Positions 1-9,970 of a stretch of DNA of 20,328 bases are shown in pieces. The first letter of the stretch is position 1. Every line of letters starts with the position of its first letter. This DNA is from Ginkgo biloba (taxonomy: Eukaryota; Plantae; Ginkgophyta): assembly GCA_024626585.2 (NCBI GenBank), contig JANKJI020000002.1, positions 23,988,763 to 24,009,090 of the forward strand, written 5' to 3'. The position numbers were made by a program, and so were the translations under genes. The notes beneath the pieces are model-generated. The model did no database searches. It saw nothing but the letters and a program-made list of their open reading frames with translations, and was not told the DNA's origin.

Positions 1-1009
1 GTCCAAGTTCTGTTTCTGAAGAGAATTTTAGAAATGACTTTTAAAGACTAATAAAAATTGGTTCTCCACAATAATCCCAGAGTTGTGCCAGCATCAATTA
101 CCAAGGTTAAACTAGAACAATATATTAACCAACGTTTTTCCTTTTGTTGAAATTGCTGCATTATATCAAATATAAAAAAAACTCGTTGTCCATCTCTTCT
201 AACAGCTAGGAGAGCGATCAAAGCCAAAAAAACTAGACATTATTATTGAGCAGTTCCACAAGTTTTAAATCCTCGTTAGACATTCTGGAGGTACATAAAG
301 ATACAAAACGAAATACTGCATAAGAAAGGGAGGGCCTGGCACAAATCCCCAAGCCATGCTAGAATGTGGGAGCCCAGTAAGCTTGGGGAGTGCATTCAAG
401 CCTTGAGTTTGGGCAACTCAAAATAAAAATCAAATCATAAGAAGCATAGAATAACTCTATACTGACACATCTATTCCTGGTACCCAAATCCATCGACCTC
501 CCTGCTCTGCCTGTTGTCAGGCTGTTTGGCATGTGGTACTTCCCGCTCAAGTGCAGCAGTATCATCTGGATCTGTGGTGTTATCCTTGTCTTCTTCAGAT
601 TCATCAAGCAAGCTAGGTATAACTGACATAGATTGTACAAGCAGTTTGTACAAGTCTTTTTTTAAGGTTCTGTTACCCCTTTCATGCCAAACTGATCATT
701 GCAAGCAGGTGGTAGAGCTTGTCTATGTTCATTTTGAGTAGATGATCCTTGTGCCTGACCTGCAATTTAAATTCCTCGACAATGAAAAATGCTGCTAGAG
801 TAGGATTAAATGGATTATATTTGACCAGGTAAAATACTCTAATGCTTCTTGGTTTTCAAATACAGTTCATGGTTACAACTCCAAGGATATGCCATAGAGG
901 GGTTGTCTGCCAGGGCAATCTGTGTCAATTCCAAGCAAGCCTCTGTTGGAGGAAGGCAGAACACTGGCAACGGCCATTGCATTTATCCAAATTACTCTCA
1001 TACCTTCCT

Positions 1010-1140
1010 AGCTTCCCTGCGGTCCTAAGAATATGTTTTCCAGTTACAATATGGCCACAGAAAGGACATAGGTCATGAGTTAGTCCTGAGGAGTGCACTC
1101 TGTCCTTTACAGCCAGGCCTTGCTGAATCACTCGCCAAAA
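1010..1140 (-). pseudogene. LINE ORF2 C-terminal zinc-binding region (zf-RVT-like)
   Basis: WRVIQQGLAVKDRVHSSGLTHDLCPFCGHIVTGKHIL matches the W..L...DRL..C..C...H pattern of L1 ORF2 C-termini. Confidence 0.8.
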
Positions 1141-2817
1141 TCTTGTAGTTGGGAGTTGGAGGGGAGTTTCAAATATTGTTTATCATGTAGCGCTAGGATT
1201 GGATAGATCAGTTTTGTTTCATATGCTACCCAGCTTGCCTTTTAAGTCTGCATAGGGTTTGAAGGGTCTTATATGCTTTGCCCACTCTTGGTTGGAAGAA
1301 GTATTTATTATAGGACGACTGCCAAGGGCCTGGTGATTCACAAAATCTTTTCCACTAATGTAAGGCTTGACACCTCATTTCGCTCTTATCTAAGGATATC
1401 TTCTGAGGGTCTATATATTGTTGTATTGTAAGGTTTCTAGTTATCTTGGCATATCTTTATCTGTTTGGCATACATTTATTTGATATAGTTTAGGATTTTC
1501 ACCTTCATATCAATCTTGAAAGTTGTATTCATGGTTTGAACTAGAAGCTAAGTTCTAAGAGGAGATATGATGTGCCATCCTAACCAGGAAGGGGCTAGTA
1601 NNNNNNNNNNNNNNNNNNNNNNNNNNNNNNNNNNNNNNNNNNNNNNNNNNNNNNNNNNNNNNNNNNNNNNNNNNNNNNNNNNNNNNNNNNNNNNNNNNNN
1701 GTCCACATCCTTTCATCCATTTGGCTTAAAATTCCAAAGTCCTTAGGGGTATCTATCCCCTTCCTTGCTAGCCCTTACATATTGGCTCTTGAGGCATCTG
1801 AGCCTTTGATCTGTACGTGTAGAAGGTATAAGATGGCATCTTCAAAGGTAGGCTTTGCCCATCTCCATTTACTCTTCACCAGCACTTGTTGAATCTTGTA
1901 TCTAATTAGTTGTTTCCATGTCGTCCGTCTAGCTCTTATAATCCATTTGGCACTCAAAGATTCCCCATTTACAGTGAGCTTGAATATCAGCCATTCCTAG
2001 GCCTCTGTTTTCCTTTTCTTGAAGGCAAGTCCTATGCTATAAGAGGGAATCCTTTATTACTATATTTTTCTTGGACCAGAAGAACCTCCAAAGGAGGCTA
2101 GTCATCTGAGCATAATGAGCTTGTGAAGGATACCAGCATCCTGAGTAGTATACAGGCATTGTTGCCAAGACCCTGTGACATATCTGGAACTTAGCTGCTA
2201 ATGATAGGATTTGGGCTTTCCAGGATTCAAGATTTGATTCCAACCTATTAATTGACATTCCCACATTTGGGAGGCTGCGATATCAATCCTAAAAATGCTG
2301 CCAAGATATCTAAGTAATTTCCCTGAAGGATCCATTTGGGGTTTAACCAGTCAAACTTGGTGTCAGTGCATATGACCAAACTTTTGTCTTATGATCAATC
2401 AATTTAAAGCTAGATGCATCGCATTAGACTTGGGTGGCCTCAATTGCCCCAGCAACACTTCCTCATTAAAGGGTTGGGCTGATGGCTGAACCATCAGCAA
2501 AATGCCTATTGAGGCTCTGATCCCCCTCCAGGGTGAATAAACGTTCTATTAATCTTCCTCTTTCTTAACAGGTATCCTAGGGCATTGGCTGCTCTGATAT
2601 AGAGGGGAGCTACTGGGATCCCTTGCCTAAATGGTGTTTGGAGTTGGATCATCTCAGTACTATCTCAATTTACATTTGTTCTAGTTGAAGAGTTGGAAAC
2701 CAAATCTGAGACTATTTGGACTACCCTTTCTCCAGAGCCTAGTTTTCTATGCATGCGTAGAGTGAAATTTCATTCCACTCACCTTGGTGCTTTTCCAAAA
2801 TTCAACTTCAGGAATAA

Positions 2818-3018
2818 GGCTTTTTGGTCAGATTCTTTGGTCACCCCCTATGGCTTCCCATGCAGTAATGAGATTGTCTAAGATTCATCCACCTTCGAGC
2901 AAACCTGTTTGCTCTGTGGCTTTTTGGTTAGATTCTTTAGTCCACCCCTGATGGCTTCCCATGCAGTAATGAGATTGTCTAAGATGCATCTACCTTAGAG
3001 CAAACCTGTTTGCTCTGT
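2818..3018. repeat. Tandem duplication of ~100 bp inside the LINE RT
   Basis: 2818-2917 and 2918-3018 both read ggctttttggt.agattcttt..tggcttcccatgcagtaatgagattgtctaagat..gagcaaacctgtttgctctgt. Confidence 0.95.
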
Positions 3019-3071
3019 TAGGATCATCTCTGGGGCTAGCCTTTCTACCAGGGTTTTGGCTAAAATTCATA

Positions 3072-3555
3072 ACTGGCATTAAGCAGAGTGATTGGTCTCC
3101 ACCCCTTAATTCTCTGTTTTTGATGTTCTGGGGGATGAGCTTAATCAAGTCTTCATTTACTCTTTGCCCAAGGTAGTCTGCCTGAATGAATTATTTCCCA
3201 AACTGGCATTAATCAGAGTGATTGGTCTCCAACCCTTAATTCCTTGTTTTTTGTTGTCCTGTTGGACGAGTTTAATCAAGTTTTCATTTACTGTTTGCCC
3301 AAGGTAGCCTATTTGAATGTACTCTTTCCTCTCTATGGTTTCCCTTGCAGTAATGAGATTGTCTTGTTAGCTCTGTTAGAACTATCTCTGCAGCTGTTGG
3401 GATAAGCTTTCTGACAGAGCTCTAGCTAGAACTTTGTAATTGGCATTAAGCAGAGTGATTCGTCTCCACCCTCAATTCTTTGTTTTTTGTTGTTCCGGGG
3501 GATGATTTTGATGAAGTCTTCCTTTACTCTTTGTTCAGTGCAGCCTGTCTGGACT
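3072..3555. repeat. Three diverged copies of a ~115-bp RT segment (LIPK..WRPITLLN)
   Basis: tggcattaa.cagagtgatt.gtctcca.cc.t.aatt... recurs at ~3072-3188, ~3203-3319 and ~3440-3553. Confidence 0.92.
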
Positions 3556-4239
3556 TTTTGGTCATGCAAAGGAAATCCTCCTGTACAGTGAGTTACATTT
3601 TTATCAAACATACAAGGGAGGCCATCTGACTCTGTTGATTTATCATTAACCACCTTGGAGACCACTCTGAAGAGCTCCTTTTCATTTAGGTGTCTGTCAA
3701 GGAGTTCGGTTGTTGTGGGTGGCATCTTGATAGCGCTGTGATCTAGGCATTGCTGTAATGCTCATGTCTGTTGGTTGCCAATAATATTGACTTAAACACT
3801 GGTTGAAATGATTGGTCATTTGAGTTCTTGTTGGGATCTGGCTTGGGATCCATCTGAGAGATCAATATGGTGTATGGATTCACTCTTATTCTTCTGCCTA
3901 AGTGCATGTTGGGAATACTTGTTCTTGTGCTCTTCCACTCAGCAAAACCTTGCCCTTAGTTGGGCTGCTTTGTTTTTGTAGGATTCCGTTCTAGATCTTC
4001 TCTAAGTTAGGCAACAATTTTTCTTGCATTTTTTTTCCCAAGCCTTCGGATCACTGTCACTTGTCTCCTAAAACCTGTAAGGATTACTCACACCAGATTC
4101 TCCAACCATGCTTGTTGGGTCTAGGGTCTAAGTTCCACCTCTCTGGATTCCTTTCCAACCTGCCTCATACTTAAGCAGTGATGTGTTAAGCTTATGGGGA
4201 AATGAATGTTTCATTCCCTGGCCTGGATTCAGAGAACAG

Positions 4240-4882
4240 GAAATATGATAGGGAGGCTGTCTGATGGGGTGGAGCCACAGTGGGCAAAAACAAGCCGAGG
4301 CTTTCCATTTTCAGTATTATGCTTTTAGCATCGATATAAACTTGTTAAGTCTGGATCAGATTTTTTGATCACCCTTTCCTCTATCAGACAATGCTAACCA
4401 ACAATACCCATCCATTCTTCTTCATGTTCAAATTTGGGTCTGAGACTCCCAACTTGTATTTTATCTGGCAGCAGGCCTCCTCCCCTCTGCAAAGTGATCC
4501 ACATTGCTGGAGGTAGGTTGTCAGTCATACAGTTCCAAAAGTTTGTTCTGTCCATATTGTCTTCGTTAGCATACATTGACAGCGGCTGGCCACTTGGTTG
4601 TTTACTAGGACCTAGGTACAGACAAAATGTAGTTCCATGGGTTTGAGCCACTATTAAGTTAGGATTAAAAAAGATCAGTGTCCTCCCTTTACCATTCTCA
4701 TGTTCTGTTTAGTAACTGTTTGCCCTCCCAAGTGTAACTTGAACAGCATAAAATTGAAAATCAATAATTTCAACTTCATGAATCATTAGAATCTTATGGT
4801 TTTATTTGAATAACATGCTCTTTCAGTGCATGTTTCCTCGTGCTTTAGAGAGGCCCTGAACATTCCATGACAAGATTTGCAA
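4240..4882 (-). pseudogene. LINE ORF2 apurinic-like (APE/EEP) endonuclease domain, inactivated
   Basis: Reads LQILSWNVQGL (SWNVQGL at 4850-4870), ILMIHE (~DILCLQE), NGKG, SMYA (~NIYAP), SRLNKF (~SRLDRF) and PSDSLPI (~SDHxPI), with in-frame stops. Confidence 0.88.
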
Positions 4883-5302
4883 CTTATTGGATAATAGAGA
4901 TAGAGGTTGTTCCACCCTGTAGATGTTTCTTTGTTATCCATGTCTGGTTTCTCTCTAACATGTTTGCTGGAGGGTCAAAAAGTCTGATTTTATTTTTTTT
5001 CACCACACAGGCCTCAACCAAGGCTTCTGCCCTTAGCTACATTTGTGTCAGGAACAGTTTTAAGTCTTTGTTCATGTAACATTGCATGTTTAGCTTGCAA
5101 TGACTTAACAACAGCTCTGGTGACTGTCTTGGTGGAGTTGGGGTCTTGCATCTGTATCTGAGTGGGTATTTACTCTAATTTTGGCTTTGCATTTCTGGTT
5201 ATGCACTGTTTCCCAAACCATGTCTTCTGCAGGCTCTGGCACTTGTGCTGTTCATAACTAGTTCATCTGGTACAGCTGGCGAGTAATGCCCTTGGTGACT
5301 TA

Positions 5303-6127
5303 NNNNNNNNNNNNNNNNNNNNNNNNNNNNNNNNNNNNNNNNNNNNNNNNNNNNNNNNNNNNNNNNNNNNNNNNNNNNNNNNNNNNNNNNNNNNNNNNNN
5401 NNNNNNNNNNNNNNNNNNNNNNNNNNNNNNNNNNNNNNNNNNNNNNNNNNNNNNNNNNNNNNNNNNNNNNNNNNNNNNNNNNNNNNNNNNNNNNNNNNNN
5501 NNNNNNNNNNNNNNNNNNNNNNNNNNNNNNNNNNNNNNNNNNNNNNNNNNNNNNNNNNNNNNNNNNNNNNNNNNNNNNNNNNNNNNNNNNNNNNNNNNNN
5601 NNNNNNNNNNNNNNNNNNNNNNNNNNNNNNNNNNNNNNNNNNNNNNNNNNNNNNNNNNNNNNNNNNNNNNNNNNNNNNNNNNNNNNNNNNNNNNNNNNNN
5701 NNNNNNNNNNNNNNNNNNNNNNNNNNNNNNNNNNNNNNNNNNNNNNNNNNNNNNNNNNNNNNNNNNNNNNNNNNNNNNNNNNNNNNNNNNNNNNNNNNNN
5801 NNNNNNNNNNNNNNNNNNNNNNNNNNNNNNNNNNNNNNNNNNNNNNNNNNNNNNNNNNNNNNNNNNNNNNNNNNNNNNNNNNNNNNNNNNNNNNNNNNNN
5901 NNNNNNNNNNNNNNNNNNNNNNNNNNNNNNNNNNNNNNNNNNNNNNNNNNNNNNNNNNNNNNNNNNNNNNNNNNNNNNNNNNNNNNNNNNNNNNNNNNNN
6001 NNNNNNNNNNNNNNNNNNNNNNNNNNNNNNNNNNNNNNNNNNNNNNNNNNNNNNNNNNNNNNNNNNNNNNNNNNNNNNNNNNNNNNNNNNNNNNNNNNNN
6101 NNNNNNNNNNNNNNNNNNNNNNNNNNG
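5303..6127. other. Assembly gap (825 N). Other gaps: 1601-1700, 7151-7319, 8765-8864, 9971-10781, 11332-11341, 11895-11923, 13441-13478, 14695-14794, 17146-17245, 18986-19085
   Basis: N runs are directly visible. The five 100-N gaps suggest unknown-size scaffold joins. Confidence 0.99.
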
Positions 6128-6632
6128 GGAGGCTTTTCATTAAAAGAAATAAAATGAACCTTTTACCTATCAAACATTCAATATAATTTCAAATTAACTC
6201 TATTTTAAAAACAGTTTATAGTGACTTCATTGTCAACTACCACAGATTGGTGTTTCAGAAGAGTTTATCGCATAGAGTGAGCATTGTAGAGCAAAACTAG
6301 AAATGTGCAACAATGGTTTCATGTACTTCTATGCAATGTTAAATTAAGAAAAATGTAATTGACTAACTCCTTTTAATATTTGAAGTGTAATAGACATTGC
6401 CATGATGAAACAATAGCCCAAAAGGCATGGATACTACTGAAATAGCAGTAACTTTGCTATAACACAGAACACAAACACAAAAAATTGGGAATAAAGGCAT
6501 GTCAGCTAGGGGAGTCATATTGATGAAATGTTGATTTTCTATTGTTTGGTTACAGCTACAAGTGTTATTCTGGTTTTTTATATATCTAAGTCTTTTTCAG
6601 TTGATATTGTCTGCTTAATAATATGTGACCAG

Positions 6633-6778
6633 GGCTGGCTTGCAACAAAACAAAAGGCATACATATTCTTGGCCATAGAGATGCAGTCCAACGTGCACAA
6701 ATATGAAAGGTGTACAAGAATATGTACTAGGAGTATTTACTTGATTGTATGGATTCAGAGCTCCATAATAATTTTAAG
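6633..6778 (+). pseudogene. ANN: Annexin pseudogene fragment (exon 2 equivalent, first annexin repeat)
   Basis: AG acceptor at 6631-6632 and GT donor at 6779-6780 enclose 146 nt with a phase-1 start and phase-0 end. It translates (G)LACNKTKGIHILGHRDAVQRAQI*KVYKNMY*EYLLDCMDSELHNNFK, matching plant annexin G.GxD/N..I.ILxHRxAxQRxxIxxxYxxxYxEDLxxxLxSELxxxFK. Length and phases fit the usual plant annexin exon 2 as I recall it. Stops are TGA 6704-6706 and TAG 6728-6730. The paralog cannot be assigned. Confidence 0.88.
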
Positions 6779-7096
6779 GTAACTTCCCATCCATATCATA
6801 AAAAAAGCCATGAACATCTACTGAAGCTGATTTGAAACGGAAGGAGCAGCCTTGGGAAGAGAAACCGGAGGCTGGAGTAACATTGTTTGAAACTGGGAAA
6901 AAAACCAAAGAAACACAAAAGGTAGGGTCGAAAATGGCTTCTTTTTTTTTTAACATTTTGTATGGCACAAATAATAATTTTCACTCTACAACACATTTCC
7001 TTCCATTTGTCACAAGGGCTTCCTTGAAATTTCCTAACATTTCTAATTGACCTAATTGTAACCTTAGATCATAAACCCCCAAGTTCTTGAAATAGC

Positions 7097-7103
<7 letters not shown>

Positions 7104-7148
<45 letters not shown>
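7104..7148 (+). repeat. (TC)n/(GA)n microsatellite running into an assembly gap
   Basis: Perfect CT dinucleotide run directly visible. Confidence 0.98.
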
Positions 7149-7150
<2 letters not shown>

Positions 7151-7355
7151 NNNNNNNNNNNNNNNNNNNNNNNNNNNNNNNNNNNNNNNNNNNNNNNNNN
7201 NNNNNNNNNNNNNNNNNNNNNNNNNNNNNNNNNNNNNNNNNNNNNNNNNNNNNNNNNNNNNNNNNNNNNNNNNNNNNNNNNNNNNNNNNNNNNNNNNNNN
7301 NNNNNNNNNNNNNNNNNNNTCGGAATTGTAGAAGCAGAGTTAAGAAAATATGACA

Positions 7356-7367
7356 TGGTATTAGAGC
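7356..7367 (+). other. Possible tRNA-iMet primer-binding site after an LTR end
   Basis: ..ACA|TGGTATTAGAGC is an 11/12 match to TGGTATCAGAGC immediately after CA. No gag is recognisable downstream. Confidence 0.4.
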
Positions 7368-8099
7368 ACAAAAAGTCAACACATCATATATTCAAGTCGC
7401 TTGTCTTCTACCTAATATTGATTTCTAATTATAACAACTCAAAAGCATAAAAGCAAATTGCCATGTATCTAGTGTCATGTCATCAAACAACTAAATAAAA
7501 CACTTCCAAAGCATAAAACCAATCAACCCTCCAAGACAATGAGACTAATTATGTCTCACTTGAGCAAAGAATGCAAATAATAGTTATCAAATGTGAAATA
7601 TGAAGGTATTACTTAGAACAAAAGTTCAAAGTTCAATGAATTCTATTATAATCTTTGTTGACTTCAAAACATAAACTAGGTAATTACCTCAGTCTTGAAT
7701 CTTGCTAACTGAAGAATTAGCAGAACAAAGCAAGGGCCAACTTGATGACAAGCTAGTTGAGGGCAACATGGTGATCTCCATTGCGATTTAGAAGAGTGAT
7801 GTAAGATTGATGAGGTGGCAAGAAAGAAGTAAGAATTACGATACAAAAGGACGTATGATAATAATGATTTATAAGATGAATGTAGGAAGGCTAAAGGAGA
7901 AGAAACTAAGAATGATAAATGAAGTGAGTTGTATGAAGGCAGTTTATAAATTGTTTGTGGGTATGGAGGCAGGGTTGATAGCTAGTTACCCTTGCTCGAT
8001 ACTTGAGCCCTCTAAAAGCTTTGCGCATCTTGTTTGAGTGAGGACACTCAAGATAATAGTATTTGGTGAGATGTTAGCAGGATATTCGTGATAGGGCAA

Positions 8100-8600
8100 T
8101 GATGTGGCATCTACGCATAGAATTCAACATTTATGGCATGATTACGACATGACAATAGCCTTGTGCGGCATGATGACATGGTTATAGTGCAAAAAATATT
8201 GAAATGGCAGCATATGGAAGATGACATGGTGGCCCAAGATGTCATCCCTAAAATCATACTAGAGCAGTAATATTGATGATGTCAATCCTATATAGGTGCA
8301 TTTATGACAAAAAATAGTGCATTTATTACAACAATAAGTATTGATGATGTTGACCTTGTAATCCACATTTAATGTAAATTAATGATGTTAGCAGAAAATG
8401 AACTTTATGACATCAACATTAGTAGACAAACATGCATTTATGAGGTGCATTTAAAGAGTAAAATACTTGCATTTATTGCAACACTAATGATGTCAACCAT
8501 GAGAAGAAAATTTGCATTAATTAGGGCACTAATGGGACAATAAATGATCATAAAGGTGCATTAATTAGAGTGCATTTGTGAAAGGATTAGTGCATTTAAT
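8100..8600. repeat. Cluster of short dispersed motifs (GATGWYRTGG-like, then TGCATT[T/A])
   Basis: gatgtggca/gatgacatgg/gatgatgt variants occur at ~8100-8410, and about nine tgcatt(t/a) copies occur between ~8297 and 8600. Confidence 0.6.
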
Positions 8601-9398
8601 GTAGGGTCAAAGGGTTGGGTTATGTCATTTGACTTTAAAAGGACATATCATTTATTAAGAGAGAGAATGAGACGTCCAAGTGTGCGAGCCTAATTGTGTC
8701 TTCTTGGGTTTGATGTAAGAGGTCATGCTCTAGTAGATACATTATGTGCCATTATTAATGAGTANNNNNNNNNNNNNNNNNNNNNNNNNNNNNNNNNNNN
8801 NNNNNNNNNNNNNNNNNNNNNNNNNNNNNNNNNNNNNNNNNNNNNNNNNNNNNNNNNNNNNNNNCATGAGACTCCTATCATGGGGAACCCCATTCAATAT
8901 GGCATAATCATCAACACCCAATAATATGGTTGGGCCTATGCTCGATCAAAAGGCATGGAAATACTCAAAGAGCCAAGAGAGTGCTAATGAGGAATAATTA
9001 AGGCCACTTTCCCCTCTATATTCTATAAGCGCAAAAGAATCATGTGCAGATCAAGTAAGAATTGGAGCAGCTAAAGAGAAGAATAGACAATCAAAAATGA
9101 AGAAAAGCCTTTATTGGCTCTCTACAGTCTTTACAAGTGTTTCACAAGTTTGAAATATGCATTGATGAACATATTGATGACAAACAGATCAAGATATAAA
9201 AAATGACAATAAGTTGTTAGATCAAATTTAAAATCCTGTGAATGAGATGGAAAATCTAGAGTAGGAAGAAGAAGATCAATAAGAGTAAGAGAAATAGAGA
9301 CAACTGAAATCAAGAAAAATGATGGCACTAATGAAAAGAACGAGAAAAATGTGAATGTTGAATAAAATGATGTGACTGATGAAATGGTTGATAGTTGT

Positions 9399-9497
9399 GA
9401 GAATCAAACCAAAAGTATTGGAATGAGAACGCTAGAGAAAATGGGATACAAAGGAGGAGGTCTTGGTAATCATGAACAGGGAATCAAAGTTCCAATT
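9399..9497 (+). pseudogene. G-patch domain coding remnant, probably retroelement-derived
   Basis: [33 protein letters not shown] matches the G-patch consensus (IG..LL.KMGY..G.GLG...QGI..PI). It follows an acidic/Lys-rich stretch with stops and ends at TGA 9507-9509. It is absent from the ORF track. Confidence 0.88.
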
Positions 9498-9509
9498 TTT
9501 GAATTTTGA

Positions 9510-9970
9510 CTACTGTCTTTTCTTCATACTCTCAAGATGGACGCCTCTTTACTTGTTATTTCTTCACTACCATCATCGCTCCATGGGCCTTTCTGCAACT
9601 GTTGCAGGGTTGCCTTGGCACCAATTTGTTCAAATAATAGAGTTGCCTCTAATGGTTACATGAACTTGCAAACCCTCGTCGGTTCCATAAGAACATGGTT
9701 CTCTTTTGTGGTGTAGTTATCGTCTTCACACGATCTCCGTAGCCATTGCCTTGCTCACAATCCTTTCAGGAACATGGTTCTCAACAACATGCAACAACCA
9801 TCATCGATTCAACTCACGTTCATACAACTATATCGCCATATTCACAATCCACAAGAACATAGCTTTGATACCATGTTAAAATCACTGTTACTGTTACTCT
9901 GATACCATCAACATTGCAATCACATAAGCACGAAACACACGATTTATAATGAAAAATCCATAAGGGAAAA
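9510..9970 (-). mobile_element. 5' fragment of an LTR retrotransposon, probably Ty1/Copia: LTR 3' end, PBS and leader
   Basis: The minus strand reads ..AACA|TGGTATCAAAGC (PBS-iMet 9862-9873, LTR terminal CA at 9874-9875). The plus strand acacacgatttataatgaaaaatcca..gggaaaa resembles the acacaagatttacgtggaaaaccc..gggaaaa motif I associate with Copia LTR ends. The left boundary is approximate. Confidence 0.65.

Larger units (their letters stand above)
2290..3680 (-). pseudogene. LINE ORF2 reverse transcriptase domain, inactivated
   Basis: KSTESDGLP (~KSPGPDG), GWRPITLLNA-YK, EQTGLL-GR-ILDNLITAWEAI, LFLKLNFGKA (~LKLDFEKA), FRQGIPVAPLY (~2600-2630), HFADGSAI (catalytic FADD changed to FADG at 2490-2501) and RYLG (~2300). 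Confidence 0.92.
239..5302 (-). mobile_element. Degenerate L1-clade LINE (non-LTR retrotransposon), 5' end lost in the N-gap
   Basis: Minus-strand translation gives the colinear ORF2 order: APE endonuclease (SWNVQGL), RT (KSTESDGLP, IIPR, WRPITLLN, RQGIPVAPL, FADG, YLG), post-RT (W-KAQILSLAAK..VLATMPVYY..RFFWS, KENRGLG), zf-RVT (CPFC..H) and W..IxKPR. There are many stops and frameshifts. The 3' boundary is tentative, set at a short (AAT)3 tract at 239-247. Confidence 0.93.

Noticed and set aside
5199-6173. Long ORF-track entries (324 aa, 285 aa, and others spanning N runs such as 6981-7382 and most of 9944-10984)
   Set aside because: Their length comes from translated N gaps. Only the 10783-10984 part carries real (gypsy pol) signal.
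6528-6782. 84-aa plus-strand ORF with a hydrophobic N-terminus
   Set aside because: It is an alternative frame over the intron and annexin exon. The annexin frame with splice sites explains the region better.
7096-7150. ER-repeat peptide in minus-strand ORFs
   Set aside because: It is simply the translation of the (GA)n microsatellite.
9862-9907. tRNA gene
   Set aside because: Only 12-nt complements of the tRNA-iMet 3' end (PBS) are present, with no cloverleaf.
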